Shown here: piece by piece, positions 32,386 through 41,864 of the stretch | How the letters are laid out: each line of letters opens with the position of its first letter | How positions within the stretch are numbered: position 1 is the stretch's first letter | Assembly: GCA_044346855.1 (NCBI GenBank) | Contig: JBIIYJ010000002.1 | Location: forward strand, 1,089 to 65,088 | DNA from: Kiritimatiellia bacterium | GTDB taxonomy: Bacteria > Verrucomicrobiota > Kiritimatiellia > CAIKKV01 | Length of the DNA stretch: 64,000 nt | Direction: 5' to 3' | The notes under the pieces: model-generated | Seen by the model: only the letters and a program-made list of their open reading frames with translations | Told to the model about the DNA's origin: nothing | The model's database searches: none | Position numbers and translations under genes: made by a program

Positions 32386-33351
32386 TCATTCCGCCCCGTC
32401 TTCCGCCTCTTCGATTTCCGTTTCGATCGACGGATCCATCCGCATCGTGGCCTTCGCCTGGAGGCTGTTGATGAATTCCATGAAGGCCGCCTGCTTCTTG
32501 CGCTGGCCGAGATGCTCCCGGATCTGGTCCTTCACTTCCTCATACGTCTTGATGGAGCCGTCCTCCCGCTCGGTCACCTCGATCAGGTGGAAGCCGAACG
32601 GCGTCTCCACCACCGGTCCCACGACGTTCAGCGGCTGGGAAAAGGCGGCGTCCTCGAACGGCTTGACCATCTGGCCGCGGCGGAACGACCCCAAAGCCCC
32701 GCCCTCCTGGCCCGACGGGCACTCGGAATGCTTCTTGGCAAGGGTCGCGAAGTCGGCGCCCGCCCGCAGTTCACCGCTCAGGCTCTCGATCTTGGCGCGC
32801 TTCTCCGCCTTGACCTGGGCGCTGTCCTTCTCGTCGCTCATCACCAGGATGTGCCGGGCCGAGACGGTTTCCGGGGCGCTCAGGTCCGCGCTTTCCTTAT
32901 TGTAGAACGCTTCGGTTTCTGCTTCGGTGACGGGCGGCACCTTCGCCAGTTCCCCGTTGACCATATTGCGGACCCGGAGCTCCTTTTCAAGGCGCGCGTT
33001 GAAATCCTTGACCGACATCCCCGCCGAGGCGAGCGCCTCCTCCAGGGACGCCCCGGGCGGAAGATGGCGGGCCATGTCGGCCTTGGCCTTCTCCACCTCT
33101 CCGGCGGGAACCTCGAGCTTGCGGGCGGCCGCTTCGTCTTCCAGCAGCACCTGGGTGATGAAATCGCGGATCGCATGGGCGCGGAAATGGCGGATGGCGT
33201 CCGCCACCTGGTCGGGCTTGAGGGAGGCGCCCTGCTGGGCCATTTGCGCTTCGACCAAGTCGTCCAGCTGGCTGGAGCTCAAGGTCTGCCCGTTGACCTC
33301 CACGAGGACAAGGTTGGCGTCGGGCGATTCATCGGTCTTTTTTGAGGGCAT
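32386..33351 (-). CDS. Parvulin-type peptidyl-prolyl cis-trans isomerase (SurA/PpiD-like)
   Basis: 321 aa. The rotamase core is ARHILV...FATLAKKHSECPSGQEGGALGSFRRGQMVKPFEDAAF...VETPFGFHLIEV. Confidence 0.85.
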   Translation of the reverse strand: MPSKKTDESPDANLVLVEVNGQTLSSSQLDDLVEAQMAQQGASLKPDQVADAIRHFRAHAIRDFITQVLLEDEAAARKLEVPAGEVEKAKADMARHLPPGASLEEALASAGMSVKDFNARLEKELRVRNMVNGELAKVPPVTEAETEAFYNKESADLSAPETVSARHILVMSDEKDSAQVKAEKRAKIESLSGELRAGADFATLAKKHSECPSGQEGGALGSFRRGQMVKPFEDAAFSQPLNVVGPVVETPFGFHLIEVTEREDGSIKTYEEVKDQIREHLGQRKKQAAFMEFINSLQAKATMRMDPSIETEIEEAEDGAE

Positions 33352-33480
33352 AGGTATTCCTTAATTGTCCGGCACCGTAACAGGAATCCGCGGCCCTGTC
33401 CATCAGCAAGGAAGGCGTCCGATTTAAGTGTTCCCCCCTCCATTCATCAGCCTTGGCGCGGAGGCTCGGGCGGAGTATGC

Positions 33481-36036
33481 TTGGCCCCTGTCGAACGCGA
33501 GGGGGTTGGAATGACAACACAGATGATGACAGGCGCGGCATCGATCGCGGGGCTCCTGCTGCTGGCCGGCGCGGGGGGAATGTCCCTCGCCGCCTGCCTC
33601 TCCCCCCGCCGTCTCGCCCCGTTCGAAAAAGCCGTTCTGACACTTGTCTGGGGACCGCTATTCCTCGCCGTGCTGGCCCTGGCCCTGGCGGATGCGGGCC
33701 GTTTCAACCTCCGGTTCCTGGCCCTCGGAACCGGCGCCTGGGCCGCGGCGGGCCTGCTGGCGCTCGGCTGGACGAGCCGGATGCGACGGCCCCCGCCCCC
33801 GCCGGCCGAAACGGAATCCGGGCAAGGCCTGTTCCTGGCCGGCCTGGCCTTGCTGCTGGCCGCCGCCGGCTTCCTGTGCACCCCCGCCCACGCCTATCTC
33901 TTCGGCGGGTGGGATCCGGGCGAATACGTCGGCACGGCGGCGAACGTGGCCCGCACGGGCGCCCTGGAAATCCGCGATCCGTTCCTTCCCTCGCTGACCC
34001 CGAGGGAGCGGCGGGCGCTGATGCACCAGCCCAATCCCCCGCGGCGCACGCTCCAGGCGGGATTCCTGGTGACGGACTCCGAGGCGGGCCGGCTGATGCC
34101 GGACTACTACCACCTCTACCCCGCCTGGCTGGCGGTCTGGGTGGGGCTGTTCGGGCTGGGCGGCGCCTGGGCGGGCCATACGGCGATCGCCCTGTTCGCG
34201 CTCGGCATGGTGGTCGCGGCGGCGGCAAGCCTGTTCGGGAAGCGCACCGCCCTGGCGGCGGGGGCCCTCCTGGCGCTCTGCCCGGCCCAGCTGTACCTGA
34301 TGCGATTCACCACGGCGGAGATGCTGACCCAGTTCTGCCTGTTTTCGGGTTTCTGGGCGCTCGCCCGGTCCTGGCGGGAACCCGCTTCGGCAGGCCTCAC
34401 GCTGACGGCCGGCGCGGCGTTCGGAACCGCGATCCTCGCGCACGGAACCTCGGTGCTGCCAGTGGCGGGCGTGCTGCTGGCCGCCCTCATGCGGGCGCGG
34501 CTGTCCGGCCGGACCTGCGCCTGGGGCGCGTTTTTGGTCATCGCGGCCGCCGCGGCGCTGGCCATGGCCTGGAACATGCAGCGGGCGGATGTGGTGACCC
34601 GCTTCCTGTGGCAACACGTGACCTCCCATCCGGCCTGGTGGCTGCCGGCCGCCGGACTGGGCGCGGCCGCGGTGCTGGGAGGTCCGTTCCTCGCCGGGCG
34701 TTTCACCGGCCGGCTGGCGGGCCGGGGCTGGGACCGGGTATGGCGGTGGACTCCGCTGGCGCTGGCCCTCGTGCTGGCGGCGCTGGGCTATGCGGTCCGG
34801 CCGCACCTGGGCACGGGCCCCGAGCGCCTGAACGCCGTTTACTTCGCGGCCCTCTTCGGCCCGGCCGGCGCCCTGCTGGCCATCGCCTTTTTCGGGCTGC
34901 GCCGCTGGTCGGCCTGGAGCGACAGCCAGCGCGCGTTCCTCGTGGCCGGGCTGGTGACGGCCGGCGTGCTGCTGGTCAACAAGATGGTGCAGCCGGTCTT
35001 CCTCTGGGCCGCGCGGCGCTGGGTGCCGATCGTCTTTCCCTTCGCCGCCATCCTGGCCGCGGCCACGGTGGCGGCGCTCGCGAAACGGGCCGGCGAAAGG
35101 CTCGACGGGCGGGTCGCCCCGGACGCGGCCAGCCCCTTCTGGAAACGGCGCCTCGCGCAGGGGGCCGCCCTGCTGCTGGCCGCCGCGCTCCTGGGCGCCT
35201 GGCATGCCGGCATGCGGCCCCGCACCGCCCTCCTCGCCGGCAGCCGCGAATACGACGGACTGCCGGCCTTCCTGGAGGAGGTGCGGTCCGCCGTCGGGGA
35301 GGCCGACGTCGTCCTGTGCTGGCATCCGGAGGCGGCCACCCCGCTGCGCTATCTCTACAACATCCCCTCCTACACCCTCTCGCACCTGCCCGGGCCAAGG
35401 GGCGTGCGCTCCGCCAAGACGGCGACGGCCCTCATGCGCCGCTGGGTGGCGGAAGGCAAGCGGGTCTGCTGGATCGGCGATCCGTTTTTCGATCCGGCCC
35501 TGAGCGTTGTCGAAATCGCCCGGCCGGCGGCCGCCTTCACCATCCTCGAGCGGCGCACCGACCGGCTGCCGCGCACCCTGATCCCCGAAACCCGGGCCTA
35601 CCGCATCTGCCGCGTCGGGCCGCCCTCCGCGCCGCCCGCCGCCGCGCCGCTCACGCTGGACCTCGGCTATTCCGCCATGGGCCTGGCGGGCGGCTTCTCG
35701 GAGCTGAAGCGGGACCTCGCCGGAAAAACCCGAACGGGGTACAGGCAGACGGCAGGAAAGGGCCGGCTTTACATTCCCGCGCTCGCCGGGGTTTGGACGG
35801 TCCGGCTCAAGGGAGCCGATCCGAAGGAAAAGGAGCTGGCCGTCGGCTTGCGGGCCGAGGGGCGGGAGCTGGCCCTGCTGCGGGTGACGCGGGAATGGGC
35901 GGATTATCCGTTCACGGTCCCGCCCGGCCTGGGCACGAACGGGGTGATGCTGCTTGAAATCGTGTCGCTGTCCGCCGATGGCGCCAGAACCCGCTCAGGC
36001 GTGGGCGTCGACAAGCTTGCCTTCCCGGGCAACTGA
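33481..36036 (+). CDS. Large polytopic membrane protein, GT-C (ArnT/PMT-like) glycosyltransferase candidate
   Basis: 851 aa. The N-terminal about 560 aa have 12 or more hydrophobic helices, and the first loop carries WDPGEYVGTAANVARTG. The C-terminal about 250 aa are soluble. The start is uncertain (33481 or 33511). The family call is tentative. Confidence 0.6.
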   Translation: MAPVEREGVGMTTQMMTGAASIAGLLLLAGAGGMSLAACLSPRRLAPFEKAVLTLVWGPLFLAVLALALADAGRFNLRFLALGTGAWAAAGLLALGWTSRMRRPPPPPAETESGQGLFLAGLALLLAAAGFLCTPAHAYLFGGWDPGEYVGTAANVARTGALEIRDPFLPSLTPRERRALMHQPNPPRRTLQAGFLVTDSEAGRLMPDYYHLYPAWLAVWVGLFGLGGAWAGHTAIALFALGMVVAAAASLFGKRTALAAGALLALCPAQLYLMRFTTAEMLTQFCLFSGFWALARSWREPASAGLTLTAGAAFGTAILAHGTSVLPVAGVLLAALMRARLSGRTCAWGAFLVIAAAAALAMAWNMQRADVVTRFLWQHVTSHPAWWLPAAGLGAAAVLGGPFLAGRFTGRLAGRGWDRVWRWTPLALALVLAALGYAVRPHLGTGPERLNAVYFAALFGPAGALLAIAFFGLRRWSAWSDSQRAFLVAGLVTAGVLLVNKMVQPVFLWAARRWVPIVFPFAAILAAATVAALAKRAGERLDGRVAPDAASPFWKRRLAQGAALLLAAALLGAWHAGMRPRTALLAGSREYDGLPAFLEEVRSAVGEADVVLCWHPEAATPLRYLYNIPSYTLSHLPGPRGVRSAKTATALMRRWVAEGKRVCWIGDPFFDPALSVVEIARPAAAFTILERRTDRLPRTLIPETRAYRICRVGPPSAPPAAAPLTLDLGYSAMGLAGGFSELKRDLAGKTRTGYRQTAGKGRLYIPALAGVWTVRLKGADPKEKELAVGLRAEGRELALLRVTREWADYPFTVPPGLGTNGVMLLEIVSLSADGARTRSGVGVDKLAFPGN

Positions 36037-36045
36037 GTTGCGGTC

Positions 36046-37572
36046 TCAATATTTCCGCCAGCCCATGGAGCCGGGGGAAAAGGGACGCGCCCCGCCTTCC
36101 GCCGCCGGGCTCGCCGCCAGCCGGCCCTCCCGCACCATGGCTGTGTCCCCATTTTCGATACACCAGGCGAGCAGCGTGCCGCGCAGCCCCTCCAGGACCG
36201 GGAAAAAGGCGGGCTCGCCCGCCAGGTTGGCCAGTTCGTAGGACGGCCGGCCGACCTCGTACAGCTCCTCCACCCCGCCCGCCTCGGAATACAGGTATTT
36301 CCAGCCCGGCGTCCGGACCATGTATTTCTGGCCCGGCGCCTCGCCCGTCTGCGCCACGTAATACGGGCGGCCGGGGGCGGCCGGGTCGCGCAAGGCCGGC
36401 GAGAGGTCCAGGCCGTCCACCGGCGCGTCCAGCGGGCAGCCGGTCAGCGCGCACAGCGTGGGCAGGATGTCCTGGAGCCCCGCGAGCTGGTCGCGCCCGG
36501 ACCCGCCCGGGGGAACGACGCCCGGCGCGCGGACCAGGAGGGGGATCTTGACGGCCCCGTCATAGAAACAAGTCTTGAAGAAGCGCCCGAAATCGCCCAG
36601 CAGGTCGCCGTGATCGGCGGTGTAGACGACGAGGGTGTCGTCCGCCAGGCCCGCCTCGTCGAGATAGTCCAGGATGCGCCCGATCATGGCGTCCTGGAAC
36701 GTCACCATGGCGCCGTAGTAGGCGCGGCAGACCTGGACCGCCTCGCGGGAGAGGTGCTGCCAGCCGTAGGCCGTGCGGCGGGACGCCAGCTCGGGGTCGC
36801 GCCCCGCGAGCAGGCTGTCGTCCTCCCAGTCCCCGAGAGGCGGCGGAAGGGCGCGCGGATCGTAGAGCGTGTCCCAGGGCCGGGGCGGATCGTAGGGCGG
36901 ATGCGGCTTGCTGAACGAAGCCCAGAGGAGAAAGGGCTGGGCGGGCCGGTCCCGGCGGTGCGCCCGCAGGTTCGCCAGGGTGCGGTCCGCCACCCAGGCT
37001 TCCTCGTGCAGCGCTTCAGGCAGGGGCGAGGGCGCGGAGCGGACGTCGTTGTTGCCGATGCCATGGGCGCGCGCGTAACCTTTCCATCCGCTGTCGGAGA
37101 CAAAGTCGTGATACGCCTCCACGCCGCGCCGCTCGCCCAGCGGGTCGAATTGGTGGATCATCCGGCCCTCTTCGCACAGCTCGGCGGTCTGGAAGCCATG
37201 CAGGAGCGGCGGCTGGCCGGGCGGGGAATACGGGACGTAGTGGAGCTTGCCCACGGCGAACGTGGCGTAGCCGGCGGCGGCGAAATGGGCGGCCAGGCGG
37301 GGCTGGTCCGGGCGGATGGCGCCGCTGTTGCTCTTGCGCCCCGTGCAGCGGTGCGGGTAGTTGCCGGTCGTGATCGAGGCGCGCGCGGGAACGCAGATGG
37401 GGTTCGGCGTGAAGCTGTTGCGGAAGGTGACCCCGCCCGCGGCCAGCCAGTCCAGGTTGGGCGTGCGGATGGCGTGGCCCAGGCCGTGGGGGGTTTTCGG
37501 GTCGGCGTTGCAGGCCAGGGCGTCGTGGCGCATGTGATCGCCGGTGATCAACAGGATGTTCGGCCGTGACAT
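36046..37572 (-). CDS. Sulfatase (formylglycine-dependent, type I)
   Basis: Start at MSRPNILLITGDHMR (CAT at 37570-37572). The CxPxR maturation motif is PNPICVPARASITTG. ADHGDLLGDFG is also present. Confidence 0.9.
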   Translation of the reverse strand: MSRPNILLITGDHMRHDALACNADPKTPHGLGHAIRTPNLDWLAAGGVTFRNSFTPNPICVPARASITTGNYPHRCTGRKSNSGAIRPDQPRLAAHFAAAGYATFAVGKLHYVPYSPPGQPPLLHGFQTAELCEEGRMIHQFDPLGERRGVEAYHDFVSDSGWKGYARAHGIGNNDVRSAPSPLPEALHEEAWVADRTLANLRAHRRDRPAQPFLLWASFSKPHPPYDPPRPWDTLYDPRALPPPLGDWEDDSLLAGRDPELASRRTAYGWQHLSREAVQVCRAYYGAMVTFQDAMIGRILDYLDEAGLADDTLVVYTADHGDLLGDFGRFFKTCFYDGAVKIPLLVRAPGVVPPGGSGRDQLAGLQDILPTLCALTGCPLDAPVDGLDLSPALRDPAAPGRPYYVAQTGEAPGQKYMVRTPGWKYLYSEAGGVEELYEVGRPSYELANLAGEPAFFPVLEGLRGTLLAWCIENGDTAMVREGRLAASPAAEGGARPFSPGSMGWRKY

Positions 37573-37654
37573 GGACCCTCCAAAATAGAGTGGAACAGCG
37601 CCATCCATTATTATAGGTTACCGTTTTGCGTCACAAGCTTAAAGACCGGGGGGG

Positions 37655-38998
37655 ATGGAAATGGAGAACGCGCTAAACGTCATTTCGGGCTGCGTCTGGG
37701 GCTGGCCCCTGATCATCCTCCTGGTCGGAACCCATCTGTTCCTGACCTTCCGGCTGGGCTTCATCCAGCGGCACATTTTCACGGCCATCAAGATCTCGTT
37801 CACCCGCAGCAAGGAGGGAGACGGCGAAATCAGCCATTTCGGCGCCCTCACCACGGCGCTGGCAGCCACCATCGGCACGGGCAACATCGTGGGCGTGGCC
37901 ACGGCCATCTGCGCGGGCGGGCCCGGGGCCGTGCTCTGGATGTGGCTGACGGGCGTGTTCGGCATCGCCACCAAGTACGGCGAGGCGGTGCTGGCCGTGA
38001 AATACCGGATCAAGCGGCCGGATGGCTCCATGGCCGGCGGGCCGATGTATGCCCTGGAATTCGGCTTGAAAGCCCGCTGGCTGGGGATCGTGTTCGCCAT
38101 TTTCACGGCCATCGCCGCGTTCGGCATCGGCAACATGGTGCAGGCCAACTCCATCGCCACCATGCTGGAGAACTCCTATCACGTGCCGGTCTGGGCGTCG
38201 GGCGTGGTCATGACCCTGTTCACCGGCCTGGTCATCCTGGGCGGCATCCGCTCCATCGCGCGGGTGTGTGAATTCCTGGTTCCCTTCATGGCCGTCTTCT
38301 ACGTGCTGGGCTGCGTGGCCCTGCTGGTCCTCGGCTGGCACACGATTCCCGCCACGATCAAGCTGATCCTGTCCTCCGCCTTCACCGGCCATGCTGCGGT
38401 CGGTGGATTCCTCGGCGCGGGCGTCAAGCAGGCCGTCCAGTACGGCATCGCCCGCGGCCTGTTCTCGAACGAGTCCGGGCTCGGCAGCGCGCCCATCGTG
38501 GCGGCGGCGGCCCAGACGCGCAACCCGGTCCGCCAGGCACTCGTCTCCTCCACCGGCACGTTCTGGGACACGGTGGTCGTCTGCCTCGCCACCGGGATCG
38601 TGCTGGTCAACTCGGGACTCTGGACGCAAGGCCTGGACGGGACGAAGCTCACCCACGCCGCCTTCGGCGCCTTTCCCGGCGTGGGCCCGGCCATCCTCAC
38701 CGTGGGCCTGCTGACGTTCGTCTTTTCCACCATCCTGGGCTGGTCCTACTACGGCGAGAAAGCCATCGAGTACCTGCTGGGATCCCGGATGATCCGCCCG
38801 TACCGGTGGCTCTGGGTGGCGGCCGTCATGGCGGGCTCGGTATTGTCCCTGAAATCGGTCTGGGCGTTCGCCGACATCGCCAACGGCCTGATGGCGGTTC
38901 CCAACCTCATCGCGCTGATCCTGCTGTCGCCCGTGATCGCGGCGGAAACGAAACTGCATTTGCCCGGAGAACTGTCATGCCGAAAGGATCCCTCATGA
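37655..38998 (+). CDS. Alanine/glycine:cation symporter (AGCS family)
   Basis: 447 aa. GEISHFGALTTALAATIGTGNIVGVATAICAGGPGAVLWMW and GLFSNESGLGSAPI are AGCS hallmarks. Confidence 0.9.
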   Translation: MEMENALNVISGCVWGWPLIILLVGTHLFLTFRLGFIQRHIFTAIKISFTRSKEGDGEISHFGALTTALAATIGTGNIVGVATAICAGGPGAVLWMWLTGVFGIATKYGEAVLAVKYRIKRPDGSMAGGPMYALEFGLKARWLGIVFAIFTAIAAFGIGNMVQANSIATMLENSYHVPVWASGVVMTLFTGLVILGGIRSIARVCEFLVPFMAVFYVLGCVALLVLGWHTIPATIKLILSSAFTGHAAVGGFLGAGVKQAVQYGIARGLFSNESGLGSAPIVAAAAQTRNPVRQALVSSTGTFWDTVVVCLATGIVLVNSGLWTQGLDGTKLTHAAFGAFPGVGPAILTVGLLTFVFSTILGWSYYGEKAIEYLLGSRMIRPYRWLWVAAVMAGSVLSLKSVWAFADIANGLMAVPNLIALILLSPVIAAETKLHLPGELSCRKDPS

Positions 38999-39738
38999 GC
39001 CGCCTGGCCTGCTGCCTGACTTTGTCCGCGCCCTGCCTGGCCGCCGGCGACCTCAAGCCGTCCGAAGCCGAAACGGCCGCTCCGGCCCGCTCGCCCGCGC
39101 AGCTCGCCTGGGAGGCGCAGCTGGGGCCGTCGGAAAAAAAGGATCCGGCCTACGCCTTCGTGAAGGACGATCCCGCCCTGCCCCGGGTGCTGCTGATCGG
39201 CGACTCGATCTCGGTCGGCTACACCCCCGTCGTGCGCGAGGCGCTCAAGGGCAAGGCGAACGTGCACCGCATCCCGGAGAACGGGGGCGACACCTGGCGC
39301 GGCCTGGCCAAGCTGAACGCGTGGCTCTCCACCGGGACATGGGACGTCATCCATTTCAACTTCGGACTCCACGACCTCAAGCACATGAAGGACAACAAGC
39401 TGGACCTGGCAGGCGAACAGATTTCAACGCTGGAAGCGTACTCGGTCAACCTGGACAAGCTGGTGGTCGAGCTGAAGAAAACCGGCGCCGCGCTCGTCTG
39501 GGCGACCACCACGCCGGTGCCGGAAGGCGCGAACGGGCGGCTGAAGGGCGACGAGGTGCTCTACAACGCCGCCGCCCTCAGGGTCATGGCCGCGCACGGC
39601 GTGACGGTGAACGACCTGTATGCCGAGGTGTTCCCGGTGCTGGAGCAGAACCAGCGCCCCCGCGACGTCCACTACACGCCCGATGGCTATCGGTTCCTCG
39701 GCCGGAAAGTGGCCGCCGAAATCCTCAAGGCGCTGTGA
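38977..39738 (+). CDS. Secreted SGNH/GDSL-type hydrolase
   Basis: VLLIGDSISVGY is block I (GDS), and WDVIHFNFGLHD and DVHYTPDGY are further blocks. Signal peptide is MSRLACCLTLSAPCLAA. The start is either 38977 or 38995; the latter forms an ATGA overlap with the AGCS stop. Confidence 0.8.
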   Translation: MPKGSLMSRLACCLTLSAPCLAAGDLKPSEAETAAPARSPAQLAWEAQLGPSEKKDPAYAFVKDDPALPRVLLIGDSISVGYTPVVREALKGKANVHRIPENGGDTWRGLAKLNAWLSTGTWDVIHFNFGLHDLKHMKDNKLDLAGEQISTLEAYSVNLDKLVVELKKTGAALVWATTTPVPEGANGRLKGDEVLYNAAALRVMAAHGVTVNDLYAEVFPVLEQNQRPRDVHYTPDGYRFLGRKVAAEILKAL

Positions 39739-41825
39739 GCATCCTCCTCGAACTCGGGGAGCCGTTCGGCGCGGGCTTCCTCGAATGCCCCGGGGCTCCG
39801 CCCCTCCGGCGCTTCGCCCGCGCCTGGCGGCGCTGGCTCGAGGCGGGGCCGCTGCCGGCCTGCGGGGGCGGCCCGCTTTACCCCGCCGGCCCCCGCCCCG
39901 CGGCCGGCGCCGCGGTCATGACCCCCTCCTACTCCTTCACGTTCGCCTGGGACGGCGCCCTCTTCGAGCGAAGAGCCCCCGCCTGGACCCCGGGCCAGCG
40001 CGCCGCCATGGAGGCGCTGCGGGCGGCGGCGGACGAGGAGAACCGGAAAGTGGAAGCACTCCAGTCGCCCCACACCGTGGGAGGCAACGGCTACACGCAC
40101 GGCATCGTCAACTTCGGCCGGGTGCTGGCGGAGGGCCTCGACGGCTACGAAACGCGGATCCGGGTTTGTTTCGCTAATAGGGACGAAGCCGGGCGCGATT
40201 TCGACGCGGCCATGCTCGACCTGCTGGCGGGCATCCGGACCTGGGTGGACCGGCTCCTGGCCGAGCTGCGGGACAGCCCGCCCGCGCCGGGGCGCGACCG
40301 CCTGATCGCCGCGTTCGAGCGCGTTCCCTTCAAGCCCGCCCGGACATTTTACGAGGCCATGGTCGCCTACAATGCGATCTACTATCTGGACGAGTGCGAC
40401 AACCCGGGCCGGCTCGACCAGGTGCTCTGGCCCTATTACCGCGCCGCACCCGACCGGGCGGAGGCGGTCGCGCTGCTCCGCGCATTCGCGGACAATGTCA
40501 GCGCCGTCGGGGGCTGGAGCGCGGCCCTGGGCGGGACGCGGGAGGATGGCTCGCCGGCTTACCAGGAGCTGACCGAGATCGTGCTCGAGGCGACCCGGGG
40601 CCGCTTCAGGCCGTCGCTGGAGCTGCGCGTGCGGCCCGACATGCCCGACCGGCTCTGGGAGGCGGCCCTCGATTCGCTTGCCTCGGGGAACGGGCAGCCC
40701 GCCTTCTATAACGAGACGGAATATCTGGCCGGCCTGGACGATCCCGCCCTGGGCCTGAGCGTCCGGGACCGGATGGAATGGAATGGCGGCGGGTGCACCG
40801 AGACCATGATCCACGGCTGCTCGAACGTGGGCTCGCTCGACGCCGGGTTCAATCTGCCGCTGGTGCTGACCGGATCGCTCAACCGCTCGCTGGCGGATGC
40901 GAACGCGACATTCGATGGGGTGCTGGACGCGTTCCTGGCGGACATGCGCGAAGCGGTCCGGGATGTGCTGGGCCAGCTCAACCGGCATTTCGCCGCCCGC
41001 GCGATTTACCGTCCGCAGCCGATGCGCTCGCTGCTGGTGGACGATTGCGTGGGGCGCGGACGGGATTTCAACGACGGCGGCGCGCGGTACAACTGGTCGG
41101 TGGTCAACGTGGCGGGCGTGGCCAACGCGGCGGACTCGCTGGCCGCGCTGCGGCGGGTGGTGTTCGAGGAGCGGCGGGTCACGCCCCCGCACATGCGGGA
41201 AATCCTGGCCGCGAACTTCGAAGGCCAGGAAACGCTGCGGCTCCAGCTTGCGGCGGCTCCCAAGTTCGGCAACGACGAGCCGGAGGTGGACGCCCTGGCG
41301 GTCAAGGTGGCGGCGTTCGTGTATGGCGAAATCAGGGCCTTCCCCTGCGCCCGCGGCGGGCGGTTCCTGCCGTCGCACATCATGTTCGAGCGGTATGCGG
41401 CGGCGGGCCGGGCGGTGGGCGCCACGCCGGACGGCCGGCGGGCGGGCGAGGCGCTGGCGGATTCGGCGGGGCCGGTGCAGGGCTGCGACCGCAACGGGCC
41501 CACGGCGATGCTGAGGAGCGTGGCGCGGCTGCCGCAGCGGCTGGCCGTGGGAACGCCGGTGCTAAATTTGCGGATTCAGAAGGCCAGCCTGGCCGGCGCC
41601 GTGTCGCGCCGGGCGTTGCGCTCCCTGATCGAGACGTATTTCAAAATGGGCGGCCTGCAGGTGCAGATCACGGCGCTGGACCGGGCCGAGCTCGAGGACG
41701 CCCTGCTCCACCCCGAAAAACATGCGGGGCTCATCGTCCGCATCGGCGGCTACTCGGCCTACTTCAACACGCTGTCCCTGGACTTGAAAAAGGAAGTCCT
41801 CAAGCGGACCGAATACGCGGTGTGA
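39735..41825 (+). CDS. Glycyl radical enzyme, PFL2/dehydratase-like, unusually short (about 696 aa)
   Basis: C-terminal glycyl-radical motif is LIVRIGGYSAYFNTLS, and the Cys loop is EWNGGGCTETMIHG. The start is proposed at GTG 39735 (GTGA overlap with the SGNH stop); the alternative ATG is at 39918. The upstream part of the track ORF is a shadow of the SGNH gene. Confidence 0.85.
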   Translation: MSILLELGEPFGAGFLECPGAPPLRRFARAWRRWLEAGPLPACGGGPLYPAGPRPAAGAAVMTPSYSFTFAWDGALFERRAPAWTPGQRAAMEALRAAADEENRKVEALQSPHTVGGNGYTHGIVNFGRVLAEGLDGYETRIRVCFANRDEAGRDFDAAMLDLLAGIRTWVDRLLAELRDSPPAPGRDRLIAAFERVPFKPARTFYEAMVAYNAIYYLDECDNPGRLDQVLWPYYRAAPDRAEAVALLRAFADNVSAVGGWSAALGGTREDGSPAYQELTEIVLEATRGRFRPSLELRVRPDMPDRLWEAALDSLASGNGQPAFYNETEYLAGLDDPALGLSVRDRMEWNGGGCTETMIHGCSNVGSLDAGFNLPLVLTGSLNRSLADANATFDGVLDAFLADMREAVRDVLGQLNRHFAARAIYRPQPMRSLLVDDCVGRGRDFNDGGARYNWSVVNVAGVANAADSLAALRRVVFEERRVTPPHMREILAANFEGQETLRLQLAAAPKFGNDEPEVDALAVKVAAFVYGEIRAFPCARGGRFLPSHIMFERYAAAGRAVGATPDGRRAGEALADSAGPVQGCDRNGPTAMLRSVARLPQRLAVGTPVLNLRIQKASLAGAVSRRALRSLIETYFKMGGLQVQITALDRAELEDALLHPEKHAGLIVRIGGYSAYFNTLSLDLKKEVLKRTEYAV

Positions 41826-41864
41826 GTGCGCGTCAGCGGCGGCAGACCGGGCGTGTGAGTCGCT

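Noticed and set aside
33658-35385. 575-aa minus-strand ORF, plus the 33453..35957 alternative plus frame
   Set aside because: Both overlap the 851-aa polytopic membrane protein, whose frame gives coherent hydrophobic helices. These alternative frames give Arg/Gly/Pro-rich sequences.
37573-37654. Glycine riboswitch upstream of the AGCS symporter
   Set aside because: The leader is only about 80 nt, and I see no GGAGAG...CACCG-type conserved cores. It is too short for a glycine aptamer.
37673-38959. 428-aa minus-strand ORF
   Set aside because: It is antisense to the AGCS symporter, which has unmistakable family motifs.
39687-41378. 563-aa minus-strand ORF
   Set aside because: It is antisense to the glycyl radical enzyme, which carries diagnostic Gly and Cys loops. 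It is a shadow ORF.
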